DNA of 64,000 bases from an uncultured delta proteobacterium (lineage in GTDB: Bacteria; Myxococcota_A; Polyangia; Fen-1088), in contig CAWCMR010000008.1 of the NCBI GenBank assembly GCA_963796685.1, forward strand, positions 704,001 to 768,000, given 5' to 3'. Of this stretch, positions 42,362-51,784 are shown piece by piece (the stretch's first letter is position 1; each line of letters begins with the position of its first letter). The notes under the pieces are model-generated. The model was not told where the DNA came from. It worked only from the letters and a program-made list of their open reading frames with translations, and ran no database searches. Position numbers and translations under genes: made by a program.

Positions 42362-42991
42362 TCACCCACGCCATCGGCCTCGCATGATGGCGAAGATCGC
42401 ATCGAGGGTGCCCGACTCCTTTCTCTCGCGCGCCTCGGACATGGCCGAGATGAGCCCTTCCTTGCGAAGCAGGGCCAAGCCATGCACCTCGGCCCAGGCG
42501 TGAAAGGCGAGCGCCGCCGCATCTGCGCGCGGGTCCATCGAGCCTTCCGCCTGGCATTCCTTCACGGTGGCCTCGACCACGCCGAAGGAATCGTAGTCTA
42601 TCGAGTGGTTTCCCGCTTTCTCGCCCATGTCCATGGCCGCGGCCATCCCTTCCTTGGAGAACATGACGCTGAGGTATTCCGGGTTCTTGCGTGCGAACTC
42701 CAGGTAGGCCAGCCCCTCGGCCATCAACTTGTCGATGGCCTTGCCCGGGCAACGCGCCCGCGCGTCGAGCAAGCCGGTCCGCAGCCGTTTGTGCCCCTCC
42801 GACATCAAGGTAGCCAGGATGGCTTCCTTGTTCTCGAAGTGGCGGTAGGGGGCGGTGTGGCTGACCCCGACCTCCTTGGCAAGCCTGCGCAGGGAGAATT
42901 CGCGCATACCCTCCTCCTTGATCAGGCGAACGGCGCCGTCGAGCAGAGCCTGACGCAGATCGGGGTGATGGTAGCTCCGTTTCTTGGGCAT
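42362..42991 (-). CDS. TetR/AcrR family regulator (WHG-type C-terminal domain)
   Basis: YHHPDLR, SLRRLAKEVGVSHTAPYRHF, WAEVHG. Confidence 0.92.
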   Translation of the reverse strand: MPKKRSYHHPDLRQALLDGAVRLIKEEGMREFSLRRLAKEVGVSHTAPYRHFENKEAILATLMSEGHKRLRTGLLDARARCPGKAIDKLMAEGLAYLEFARKNPEYLSVMFSKEGMAAAMDMGEKAGNHSIDYDSFGVVEATVKECQAEGSMDPRADAAALAFHAWAEVHGLALLRKEGLISAMSEARERKESGTLDAIFAIMRGRWRG

Positions 42992-43009
42992 GCAGCAAGT
43001 GTGCATTTT

Positions 43010-43061
43010 ATGTTGACACTGTCAACATTCGGATCTACACCAATGTTTACACTGTCAACAT
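43010..43061. promoter_or_regulatory. Two 19-bp palindromic TetR operators
   Basis: ATGTTGACACTGTCAACAT (43010-43028) and ATGTTTACACTGTCAACAT (43043-43061) between the divergent tetR and flavodoxin genes. Confidence 0.85.
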
Positions 43062-43083
43062 CGCTTCACCCAAGGAGGTCACC

Positions 43084-43629
43084 ATGCAGTGCTTGATCTT
43101 GAACGGAAATCCCGGGCCATCGGACTTCGACGACTACCTGGCCCGGCTTGCGCGAGCGCTGGAACGAGAGGGCCATTCGGCCGAGCGCATCGACCTGCGC
43201 GATCTGAACCTGCGCTACTGCATGGGCTGCTGGACCTGTTGGTGGAAGACGCCGGGCCTGTGCGCGATGAAGGACGACATGGCCGACATCTATCCCAAGA
43301 TCGTGAAAGCGGATCTCGTGCTCTGGGCAAGTCCCCTGATCTTGGGAACCATCAGCGCGCTCCTCAAGAAGGTCCAGGATCGCTTCGTTCCTGTCGCCCA
43401 CCCTTACGTCGAGCTGGTGGACGGGGAATGCCACCACCGGCACCGCTACCCGCACAACGCCGACATCGGCGTGATCGTCGAGCCGACAGCGGACGACACC
43501 GATGCCGATCTGGCCATCACGCTGGAGCTCTTCCAGCGCTTCTCGCGGAACACGCGCACGCGCTTCCGCCTGTTCGCCACCACCACCACCCCTATCGAGG
43601 AGGCCGCCCGTGAAACGCTTGCTGCTTAA
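43084..43629 (+). CDS. Iron-sulfur flavoprotein/flavodoxin-like protein
   Basis: CMGCWTCWWKTPGLCAMKDD, LWASPL; RBS AGGAGG. Confidence 0.85.
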   Translation: MQCLILNGNPGPSDFDDYLARLARALEREGHSAERIDLRDLNLRYCMGCWTCWWKTPGLCAMKDDMADIYPKIVKADLVLWASPLILGTISALLKKVQDRFVPVAHPYVELVDGECHHRHRYPHNADIGVIVEPTADDTDADLAITLELFQRFSRNTRTRFRLFATTTTPIEEAARETLAA

Positions 43630-44281
43630 TGGCTCCCCCCGCGGCAAAGATGGCAACTCCCGCAGAATCCTCACGTGGATCGCGCAAGGGCTGGAACAAG
43701 CCGGCATCCGCGGGCTGCCCATCGTCGATCTCGCTCCGGATCCGACGCGCGCGGCCTCGGTTCAGGCATTCCTGGACGCGGACGAGGTCGTGCTCGCCCT
43801 CCCCCTGTACACCGATTCCATGCCGGGAATCGTGAAAGGGTTTCTGGAAACCGTCGCCCGCGCGGACAAGACACGGCTGCAAGGCAAACGTATCGCCTTC
43901 ATCATCCAGTCGGGCTTCCCCGAGGGCATCCACACCGAGGCCTTGGGCTCCTACCTGGCCCGATTGTGCGAGCGCATCGGGTTCATCCACCTTGGGACCC
44001 TACGCAAGGGCGGCGTGGAAGGGATACGCATGATGCCGGCGAGGAGCGTCGCCAAGATCCAAGCCCGCTTCGTGAAAGCGGGCCATGAGCTCGGCGTCCG
44101 AGGCAGTTTCTCGCCGGAATCGATTCACGCCATGGCCGAGCCGAGAACCTTGGGGTGGAAGGGGCGCGCCCTCATCCGCCTGCTTGGCGGCATGGGCCTG
44201 CTCAATTTCTACTGGAACACCATGCTGAAGAAGCACGGCGCCTTTGAACGCCGCTTCGATGCGCCGTACCTGACGCCCTAG
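43610..44281 (+). CDS. NAD(P)H-dependent flavodoxin-like oxidoreductase
   Basis: LNGSPRGKDGNS, LPLYTDSMPG, QSGFPEG. Confidence 0.85.
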   Translation: MKRLLLNGSPRGKDGNSRRILTWIAQGLEQAGIRGLPIVDLAPDPTRAASVQAFLDADEVVLALPLYTDSMPGIVKGFLETVARADKTRLQGKRIAFIIQSGFPEGIHTEALGSYLARLCERIGFIHLGTLRKGGVEGIRMMPARSVAKIQARFVKAGHELGVRGSFSPESIHAMAEPRTLGWKGRALIRLLGGMGLLNFYWNTMLKKHGAFERRFDAPYLTP

Positions 44282-44339
44282 CGACAGCCCTTTCAAGGCC
44301 CTGCCTTGACGGCCATGGGGTGATAGCCTTGCCGCGGCC

Positions 44340-45299
44340 ATGCCCAGCAAGACCCCAACCACCATCCCGGAGGATCGCCTGACCGAGGCCCTGAGTCCCG
44401 CCGACGATTCAGGCCTGCGCGCGCTACCCAAGGCGGATGTGCACTGCCACGCCCTTCTCAACTGCCCGCTTTCGACCTACGAACGCGTCCTCCGGCATAA
44501 ATTGCCCGCGCCCCCCATACGCTTTCGCAATTTCGGCGAATTCGGCGGCTACCTTGCGGCGAACATGTTCCCCGCCATTTGCAGTCTGGACGGTATTCGC
44601 ACCCTGCTGCGCGCCGGGCTCGAACGCATGGCCGGCGAAGGCGTGGTCTACGCCGAGGCCAGCGTCGACCTGCTCTTGCCCTCGCACATCCACGCCCCCG
44701 CGCAAGCCGTGCTCGAGGTCATCGCCGAGGAACGCGACCGAGTCTCCGGCCAAGTGCGCTTCGTGCCCGAGATCGGCATCAACCGTCGCGTAGCACCCGA
44801 TCGCCTGTGGCCGCTCTTCGTCGCCTACCTCGACTCGGGCGTCTTCGGCGGCATCGACCTCTACGATGACGAGCGCGCCGGCAATCTGCGCGAGTTTCAG
44901 CGCTTCTTCCGCCTCGCGCGCGAACGCGGGCTCGCGCTCAAGTCCCACGCGGGAGAGACCTGCGGTCCCGAACGCGTGCGCGAGACCATCGAAACCCTGG
45001 ACGTGGACGCCATCCAGCACGGAATCGCCGCCGTTCAAGACCCTTCACTTTTGGAAGAGCTGGCGCGGCGGGGAACCCAGCTCAATCTGTGTATGGCCAG
45101 CAACATCGCGCTGGGCGTGGCCGGATCGTATGAGGATCATCCCATTCACGCGCTGCTGGCCGCGGGCGTGAACGTCGCCCTTGGCACCGACGATTTCGCC
45201 ATATTCGGCGCCAGCCTGTCGGACGAAATCCGCCGCCTGCGACGTTCGGGCATGCGCCTGCGCGACCTGGCGAAGGTGCGCCTCGGCCCACCGGCGTAA
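44340..45299 (+). CDS. Adenosine/adenine deaminase family protein
   Basis: LPKADVHCH, HAGE, QHG, SN, GTDD. Confidence 0.88.
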   Translation: MPSKTPTTIPEDRLTEALSPADDSGLRALPKADVHCHALLNCPLSTYERVLRHKLPAPPIRFRNFGEFGGYLAANMFPAICSLDGIRTLLRAGLERMAGEGVVYAEASVDLLLPSHIHAPAQAVLEVIAEERDRVSGQVRFVPEIGINRRVAPDRLWPLFVAYLDSGVFGGIDLYDDERAGNLREFQRFFRLARERGLALKSHAGETCGPERVRETIETLDVDAIQHGIAAVQDPSLLEELARRGTQLNLCMASNIALGVAGSYEDHPIHALLAAGVNVALGTDDFAIFGASLSDEIRRLRRSGMRLRDLAKVRLGPPA

Positions 45300-45314
45300 C
45301 CTGGGCTGCGGTCG

Positions 45315-46040
45315 CTAGTCGCCCGACAGGTCTTCGCTCTTGTCCGCCGTGGACGAGAATCGGTAGCCGATGCCGCGCACGGTCTCCACGTAGGCCCCGG
45401 CAAAGCCCAGCTTCTCCCGCAAGCGCTTGATGTGGGTGTCCACGGTGCGCGTGTTGTTCTCCGGGCTCGCTTCCCAGACGTCGTCGAGCAGCACGCTGCG
45501 CGTCTGGACCCGTCCACGGCGCTGGTAGAGCGTCCACAGCAGCTTCATTTCGAGCGGTGTGAGGGTGATCTCCTCGCCGTCCACCCAGGTCCGATGCGCG
45601 CTTCGGTCCACGCGCAAACGGCCGAACACCAGCCCGTCCTCCGGCTCTGGATTGACCCCAAGGGCGGCACCGCGCGCGCGCCTCAAGACTGCCTGCACGC
45701 GCAGAATCAGCTCCCTTACGCTGAAGGGTTTGACGACGTAGTCATCGGCCCCCAATTCGAAACCCACCACGCGATCGATCTCCTCACTGCGGGCGGTCAG
45801 CATCATGACCGGAACCTCGCGCAGAGTCGGGTCGCTCTTGAGCTGGCGGCAGACCTCCAATCCCGAAATATCCGGCAGCATCAGGTCGAGAAGCACCAGC
45901 TCCGGACGCTCCTTTCGCGCCAAGTCGAGTCCTGTGGCGCCCCGATCGGCGACGAGCACCTCATGCCCGGCTTGACCGAGGTTGTAGGCAAGGATCTGAC
46001 GAATGTCTTCTTCGTCTTCGACGACCAGGATACGTGACAT
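45315..46040 (-). CDS. OmpR/PhoB-family response regulator
   Basis: VVEDE, LLDLMLP, GADDYVVKPF, RTVDTHIKRLREKL, TVRGIGY. Confidence 0.95.
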   Translation of the reverse strand: MSRILVVEDEEDIRQILAYNLGQAGHEVLVADRGATGLDLARKERPELVLLDLMLPDISGLEVCRQLKSDPTLREVPVMMLTARSEEIDRVVGFELGADDYVVKPFSVRELILRVQAVLRRARGAALGVNPEPEDGLVFGRLRVDRSAHRTWVDGEEITLTPLEMKLLWTLYQRRGRVQTRSVLLDDVWEASPENNTRTVDTHIKRLREKLGFAGAYVETVRGIGYRFSSTADKSEDLSGD

Positions 46041-46127
46041 GGCCCGTACCTTTTACACCCCAATCCGCCCTACGGGCAGGGGGGACAGCGAGCGATGGCT
46101 GCCAAGGTGCGGCGTCCCCGGCGCCGT

Positions 46128-46520
46128 TCACGGAAGACCGAGAATCCAATTGGCGATGGTCTGGTACTCGAGACTGTCGGTGGCAAACCGTTGTCCGCCG
46201 GTATGGCCGTCGCCGGTGGCCTTCATCAGCAACCTGCTGTCGCCGGGATTCCCCGGAGTCACCAGGGCCACGACCATGGCGCGATCCGAGCCGGCGTTGC
46301 CCGTGAGGACGAAGCTCGTGTTCGATGCCGCGCCGCCCGCAGAATGACAATATCCGCAGTCGAGCTCGAGGATGGGATACACCAACTTCTCGAACGCGAG
46401 ATCCTCGATCTCCGAGTCGGCTGTCCCCCCGTCGCGCGGCGCGGGCCCGCGATGGAAATCGGCGCAGCCCACGCTGGCCAACACGGCGGCCGTCAGTGCG
46501 AAAAGCAACCTAGAACGCAT
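46128..46520 (-). CDS. Lipoprotein with one c-type heme motif
   Basis: Lipobox ASVGC; CGYCH; PGDSRLLMKA...HTGG supplies a candidate distal His. Confidence 0.75.
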   Translation of the reverse strand: MRSRLLFALTAAVLASVGCADFHRGPAPRDGGTADSEIEDLAFEKLVYPILELDCGYCHSAGGAASNTSFVLTGNAGSDRAMVVALVTPGNPGDSRLLMKATGDGHTGGQRFATDSLEYQTIANWILGLP

Positions 46521-47705
46521 AGGTCACCGTCAAGCGCAGGAGATCGTCCGGACGTTCGTCGACCTTCTCGAAGTTCCAAAAGTAGGCCAGGCTGACTTGC
46601 GCGCCCGCATATTCGGCCACCAACGCCAGGTTGTGGTGCGAACCGTCGTTCGCGTTGGCATAGCGTGCGTCGTAGAAGAGCCCCGCGCGGTTGTCGAAGG
46701 TCGCCAAGCCGCTGCGCGCCTGCAGGTAGAGCCAATCGCCCAGGTAGGCGCGCAGCCAGACGTAGTCGGCGAAGTGAAAGTACGCACCGGCTCCTGCCAC
46801 GGCATCGGGCCGACCGTAGCTCTCGTCGGCCGAGACGTGGGCGCGCACGGCCCCGAGGCCCACGGCCAATCGATTCAGGATGGGCCAATCAGGGCGCCAC
46901 ACGGTGAGGTCCACGGCCTGCATGACGAGCTGGCGGCCGAATCGCATCGGGTTCCAATACAGCGAATACCACAGCGTGAACGGACCGCTGGAAAGCGCCA
47001 GCCGGTTGCCCACCGCCACCCGCGCACCGTCGTAGGCAAACAGGTCGCGCTGCATGTCGAGGGTTTGGTCGCGCGCGGGAAGGTCGAAGCCCTGCGCCGT
47101 GTAGATTTCGTCGCTCGCGGACAGCCGACGCCACACCAGGGCGAAACGCACGCCGCCGCCGATGGCCGACCAAACCACGGGCAGCGTCCTCTGATCCACG
47201 CCGCTCAGTCCACCGTAACTCTTGTGAAACAGCGGATCCGGCCCGAAAGGCACCAAGATCTTGCCTGCGTGGGCGGACACGCGCACGGTCGAGCCCTTGC
47301 CCGAGAGTCGCGTGGTCAGCTCGTAGAAATAGAGCCCCAGCAGCTCGGCGTTGAACCCCACGGGCACGTCCTCGCCTTGGCGGGACAGAAACAGAAAGTG
47401 GTGGTAGCTCTGAAACGCGTTGTGCCCGCTGCCGAGCTCCCCGACCTGCCCGCACGCTCATAGACCGCATCGAACATGCCACCGAGGCGGATGCCACCCG
47501 GCAGGACGAAGGCTTGGCCTCCGTGCTCTTCGGCTTCCTCGTTCGGCGGTGCAGTGGCCGGCGCGGCCGGCGGCGAAGTCGCGTTGGCGGATGGGCCTTC
47601 TCCTGGACTGTCTGCGGCGTCCCCCTCGTCGGACGCGGCCAAGGACGGCAGCGCCGCCGCGGTCACGACGAGGAAGACAAGCGTGCGAATGACGACCCCT
47701 CTCAT
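46510..47705 (-). CDS. Outer-membrane beta-barrel protein, frameshift in a G-run near 47440
   Basis: Signal peptide, alternating amphipathic strands, AGKILVPFG, C-terminal LRLTVTYAF; the frames join if TCGGGGAG has one more G. Confidence 0.72.
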
Positions 47706-48043
47706 TTCGCGTGACACGAAGATTTGCAGGTGGCGCGCGCACCGCTGGTCGGCGGCGCCGTCCGGCCGTCATGACAAGCGCCGCAGAACTTGCCCTCGTC
47801 CATCTGGTCGTGGGTGAATCCGACGCGGGCGCGGGGGAACAATGCCGGGTGACAGGTGACACAAAGGTATTGGTCGTGCTGCCAGTGCGAAAACAGGCCC
47901 GGCGCGGGCGGATCGGCCTTGCCGTGCTCCCTGACGACGGGAACGCGCACCTCTGCCGGCACAGCCAGCACCGAGGCCGAGGCGAGGACAAGCACGCCCG
48001 GCAGAAGGAAGGCGAGCCACCTGTTCCACGTCTTCGTTGCCAT
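47702..48043 (-). CDS. c7-type triheme cytochrome c
   Basis: Signal peptide, FSHxxH, CVTCH, FTH, CGACHDG, CKSSCH. Confidence 0.85.
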   Translation of the reverse strand: MATKTWNRWLAFLLPGVLVLASASVLAVPAEVRVPVVREHGKADPPAPGLFSHWQHDQYLCVTCHPALFPRARVGFTHDQMDEGKFCGACHDGRTAPPTSGARATCKSSCHAK

Positions 48044-48200
48044 GATGGATGCCGACCCCGATGAGACCTCAGCTTGCCTTCACCGCCGTCGACGACGCGG
48101 TCGCTGTCGACACCGCCGCCAGCACGGACGTCATCTTGACCCCCATGCTCCCACGAAGGGCAGGGTTAGCGGTTCTCACCATCATCATCTCCGGCTTGTT

Positions 48201-48216
48201 CGTGAAGTCTGTCACA
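48201..48216. promoter_or_regulatory. CRP/FNR-family-like binding site
   Basis: CGTGA-N6-TCACA, 9/10 match to TGTGA-N6-TCACA, about 160 bp upstream of the c7 gene. Confidence 0.35.
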
Positions 48217-48300
48217 GCGAGGAAGACAGCATTGTCGGATGTCTCGGTGCCAAAGTCGACCGTCTTCCACATTGCCGGGTGCTTAACAGAAAATGAGGCA

Positions 48301-48537
48301 TCTAAGGAAGTCAGGAATGGGTGGTATGGCCGTTGGGAGGCAATGACACCCTTGATTTCGAGCGTCGGCTTGGTGAGGGCGTTCTCGGAGACCACCTCCA
48401 GAATCCCGGTTCAGGTGCCTTGTAGACCTCGATCACAGCGCCGATGACACTGCCGGTTGGGTCCCCATGCTCGAGATTTGCTTGTCCTGTTGGGTGCTGC
48501 GGGGTTTCTTTCTTCCTGCTTTCCTGGCTTCCTCAGA
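48301..48537 (-). mobile_element. Decayed GxxExxY element with 17-bp imperfect terminal inverted repeats
   Basis: Minus-strand relic LEHGDPTGSVIGAVIEVYKAPEPGF/LEVVSENAL fused to KPTLEIKGVI; arms TCTAAGGAAGTCAGGAA and TTCCTGGCTTCCTCAGA (15/17 complementary). Confidence 0.65.
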
Positions 48538-48615
48538 GGTTATCGAATCGAGGTCGCGTCGCCCACGTGCCCCGGTCGCGGCTTGGCCCTGGCGGGGTTG
48601 ACTCCCATCGAAACT

Positions 48616-48647
48616 GAAGCCTGCCCCACCGAAGTGAGGCAGGCTTC
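48616..48647 (-). terminator. Strong hairpin with cUUCGg tetraloop downstream of GH6
   Basis: GAAGCCTGCCTCAC-TTCG-GTGGGGCAGGCTTC followed by AGTTT on the minus strand. Confidence 0.7.
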
Positions 48648-48736
48648 CCTTACCCAAGCCCGACGAGGCGAGGAGAGATTTGGCGTATTTGCTCCGTCAG
48701 GCTCTTTCCGACCTTACCCGGACGCTCTTGCTCCCC

Positions 48737-49906
48737 TTACAACCCCGGCCTGGCGTTGTGGACCAGATCCATGAAGTAGGCTTCGAACCACTTGCCTGCC
48801 TGCGGGGCACCCTTGGCCGCGTCGGGGCCGGCACACATGGCGTCGAAGCGCGGACCATTCGGGTCAGACGAGCCATCGGATTCTCCCGGTGGTTTGACCC
48901 AGTAATAGGCGTCGATGCCAGGCGCGGGATCGGCGCGCGGGCGCTCACCCAAGCCCGCGCCATGGACGTTGCACCAGCTCCCCCACTTTTCCCGGATGCC
49001 GCCCTTGCCGTTGCGTGAGGTATCGATGATGAACCCGTGGTCCTTGAAGCCGTACATGGACAGCATTTCGCCCAGCATCTTGGCGTAGGTCAGCTCGTTC
49101 GGACACGGGTTGGAGGGCTCGAGCGCGGCGCCGTCGCGGTTCGACAAGTGGGTGTAGTTCGAGGTGTTGATGGCGAAGCCGCGAATCATCTGCGGGCCGC
49201 CGGCCTCGCTGAGCACAGTTCTGAACACCTTCGCGATCTTGGCGCGGTTGTCGTCCCAGCCCAGCCAGCCCGAGTGCGCGGCATCGAGATAGACGCTCAC
49301 GTTGGGTAGGTGGAAGCTCTTGATGGCGTAGACGATGCCGTCCTTGTACACGGACTTGGCCCGCTGGCACTTTGGTAGGCTCATATTGGTGGCCAGGTTG
49401 CCGAGCGAGTCCGGTTCCAGAACCACCGCAATGGGCTGATCCGCGTGGGCCTTGAGCTGGGCGGTGATGGGATCGATGAATTCCGTGCGGTAGCGGGCCT
49501 CGCCGTTTTCTTCGACCTTGAGCTCGCCGGCCGACGATTCGGCCGCACAGTCGCGGTTGGGCAAGTCGTAGACCACGATGACGGTCATGGTCGGCACGCC
49601 GCTCGCGTCCTGTTGCTTCTTGGCCTCGTCGAGCCAGCCCTTCAGATTCTCGACAGCCTTGATGTCGGAGAGCCACACGCCCGTCGGATAGGTCGCGACC
49701 TTGCGGATGGTTTCCGCCTCGTCCGGATGTTTGGCCGCGGTGGCCTCGACGGAGGCGGTGTACTCGGGGTTGAGGAAGAAGCGGACGTGCTTGAAGGGAT
49801 TGCCACCGCCCGTCTTGACCTCATTTTGGGGAGAGCCGATGCTCCCCATACCGCCGGCACAGGCGGCCAAGGAGAGTGCCGAAGCAAGAACTGCAAAGTG
49901 ACGCAT
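48737..49906 (-). CDS. Glycoside hydrolase family 6 cellulase, lipoprotein
   Basis: Lipobox LAAC; VYDLPNRDC, LEPDSL, YLDAAHSGWLGW, IDTSRNG, WVKPPGESDG. Confidence 0.95.
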   Translation of the reverse strand: MRHFAVLASALSLAACAGGMGSIGSPQNEVKTGGGNPFKHVRFFLNPEYTASVEATAAKHPDEAETIRKVATYPTGVWLSDIKAVENLKGWLDEAKKQQDASGVPTMTVIVVYDLPNRDCAAESSAGELKVEENGEARYRTEFIDPITAQLKAHADQPIAVVLEPDSLGNLATNMSLPKCQRAKSVYKDGIVYAIKSFHLPNVSVYLDAAHSGWLGWDDNRAKIAKVFRTVLSEAGGPQMIRGFAINTSNYTHLSNRDGAALEPSNPCPNELTYAKMLGEMLSMYGFKDHGFIIDTSRNGKGGIREKWGSWCNVHGAGLGERPRADPAPGIDAYYWVKPPGESDGSSDPNGPRFDAMCAGPDAAKGAPQAGKWFEAYFMDLVHNARPGL

Positions 49907-49961
49907 GAGAGGCCTCCTAAAGGGTCCGTGTCTTGTGTGAACCCAACAGGCAACTTCCCTC

Positions 49962-49977
49962 AGCAAGGCGCGTACCA
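49962..49977 (-). promoter_or_regulatory. Sigma54 promoter for the GH6 gene
   Basis: Minus strand TGGTACGCGCCTTGCT = GG-N10-GC, about 55 bp upstream of the ATG. Confidence 0.7.
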
Positions 49978-50221
49978 ATCCCGGCAACCCCGTCCCGGCG
50001 CCATTGCCAATGGGATTCGGCAGTCCTTGACGCCTCCGCCTCCTGTGTCCGGACGTCCGCGGACGTCCGCGGTCAAGGGGCTCGTCATCGAGGCGGTCTC
50101 CGCAAGGGCAAGGTTGCCTGCCAGCGGGTAGCTCGTCGCCTCTCATCCGATCGCCGCACGCCGCGCGGCGATCAGGCTCTTTCGGGGCCCGTTCCCGGGG
50201 CACGGACCCCCAAGAGAGAAA

Positions 50222-50533
50222 CTACGCCACTGCGTCCTTGGCCGCCTTCACCGGACGTCCCTTGATGACCTTGCGAGCTGGCTTGGCCTTGAAGACGGTC
50301 GGCTCCTTGGTGAAGGGGTTGATGCCCTTGCGCTCCTTGGTGGCCGGCTTCTTGACCACAACCATGCGAACCAAGCCGGGTACGATGAAGATGCCGTTCT
50401 TCTTCAGCTCGGCGTGACCGATGCTGGCCATGGTCTCGATGATGCCCTTGACGTCTTTTCGGGTGAGATTGGTAGCATGCTTGTCGACGAGTACTTGGAT
50501 CAGGTCGGATTTCGAAAGAGGTCCTTTGGACAT
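50222..50533 (-). CDS. HU family DNA-binding protein
   Basis: LSKSDLI...KKPATKERKGINPFTKEP..FKAKPA. Confidence 0.92.
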   Translation of the reverse strand: MSKGPLSKSDLIQVLVDKHATNLTRKDVKGIIETMASIGHAELKKNGIFIVPGLVRMVVVKKPATKERKGINPFTKEPTVFKAKPARKVIKGRPVKAAKDAVA

Positions 50534-50816
50534 GGTGTCTCCTTGGGTTGGGGATGGCGTGCTCTCCGTGGCGGGAACGACCAGGGATGTTCCCGGCCAG
50601 CGCGAGAGCGATGGTGAGCCACGGAAGGTAGCCCATCTTGCGTGGTCGTTGCGATGAAAATCGTGGAAACCGATGTTGTCCAAGCCTTGAGCAAACGCGT
50701 CATTGCCCCCGCGGCCTTGGCCGTGGTCGACAGCACCGGTCGACAGCACCCGGGGTGGCGCTCATCTAGGATTTGCGCTAGTTGTATTTGGACCTTTCCA
50801 CGACGACTCCATTCCC

Positions 50817-51737
50817 ATGTCGGTCTTGCGAACAATCCGCGATGCTCTGCCATCGGCGTTTGATGTGGCCAAGGTGGGCTTCCGCCTGTTCGGCCTGCCA
50901 CGCAATGCCTTCGGGTCGATCGACGTGACCCAGAAGTGCAACCTGCGCTGCAAGCACTGCTACTTCTTCGAAAACGACCAACCGGAACGGGCGCTCGACG
51001 CCGAAGAGTGGGTGGCCTTGCTCGACAGCTGGAAGCGAGCGCGCTCGCGCTGGGAGTTCCCCTTCTTTCAGTGCTCATGGGTCGGCGGCGAGCCGCTCCT
51101 GCGCCCGCAGGTCATCGAACGCTGCCGCAAGTTCTTCCGTTACAACCTGGTGGTCACCAACGGAACCCTGCCGCTGCCCGATTGGCCCGACGTGGACTTC
51201 TACGTCTCCATCGACGGCGACGAGGAGGTCCATGAAGACCTCCGCCAGCGCAAGGGCATCTACCGCCTCATCAAACAGAACGTGTTGGCGCGTCGCCGCG
51301 GGAGCGTCACCATTTCCTATTGCATCACCCGCCAGAACGCCCACTGCATCGAGCGCACGATCGACGAATGGGCGCCCATCGCCGGAGGCTTCACCTTCGA
51401 TTTTTACACCCCGATGGAAGGCAGCGACGATCCCCTGTGGATTTCGCAGCAGGAACGCGACCCCATCATCGAGCGGCTGCTTGCCTTGCGGCGGAAGCAT
51501 CCGCAGCGCCTGAAGGTCACCGAGCGCGCGCTGCGGCTGATGGTCTCGGACACCGCCGCGACCGTAACGAAGGATTGCCTGTTCGCCAAGAAGGCCTTTG
51601 CCTACACCGCGCTCGGCCAGCTCAAGGAAAAGTGCATGATGGGCAAGAAGGCCGATTGCTCGCGCTGCGGGTGCATCGTGCCCTTCTATCTGCATTCCCT
51701 GACCCATTCGGTTCCGGGGAGGGCTCAAGCCCCATAA
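50817..51737 (+). CDS. Radical SAM protein with C-terminal Cys cluster
   Basis: CNLRCKHC, GGEP, TNG, SIDG; C-terminal C...KCMMG..ADCSRCGC. Confidence 0.88.
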   Translation: MSVLRTIRDALPSAFDVAKVGFRLFGLPRNAFGSIDVTQKCNLRCKHCYFFENDQPERALDAEEWVALLDSWKRARSRWEFPFFQCSWVGGEPLLRPQVIERCRKFFRYNLVVTNGTLPLPDWPDVDFYVSIDGDEEVHEDLRQRKGIYRLIKQNVLARRRGSVTISYCITRQNAHCIERTIDEWAPIAGGFTFDFYTPMEGSDDPLWISQQERDPIIERLLALRRKHPQRLKVTERALRLMVSDTAATVTKDCLFAKKAFAYTALGQLKEKCMMGKKADCSRCGCIVPFYLHSLTHSVPGRAQAP

Positions 51738-51784
51738 GGGAAAGTCGATGCTGAGTAGATGGCGTATTGTTCCACCCTTTCTCC

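Noticed and set aside
48069-48395. 108-aa ORF as a real gene
   Set aside because: Its 5' part is the GxxExxY relic and the remainder reads through probable promoter DNA
50540-50660. Riboswitch-like structure upstream of the HU gene
   Set aside because: No convincing match to cobalamin, TPP, SAM or c-di-GMP core motifs by eye; an Rfam/Infernal scan would settle it
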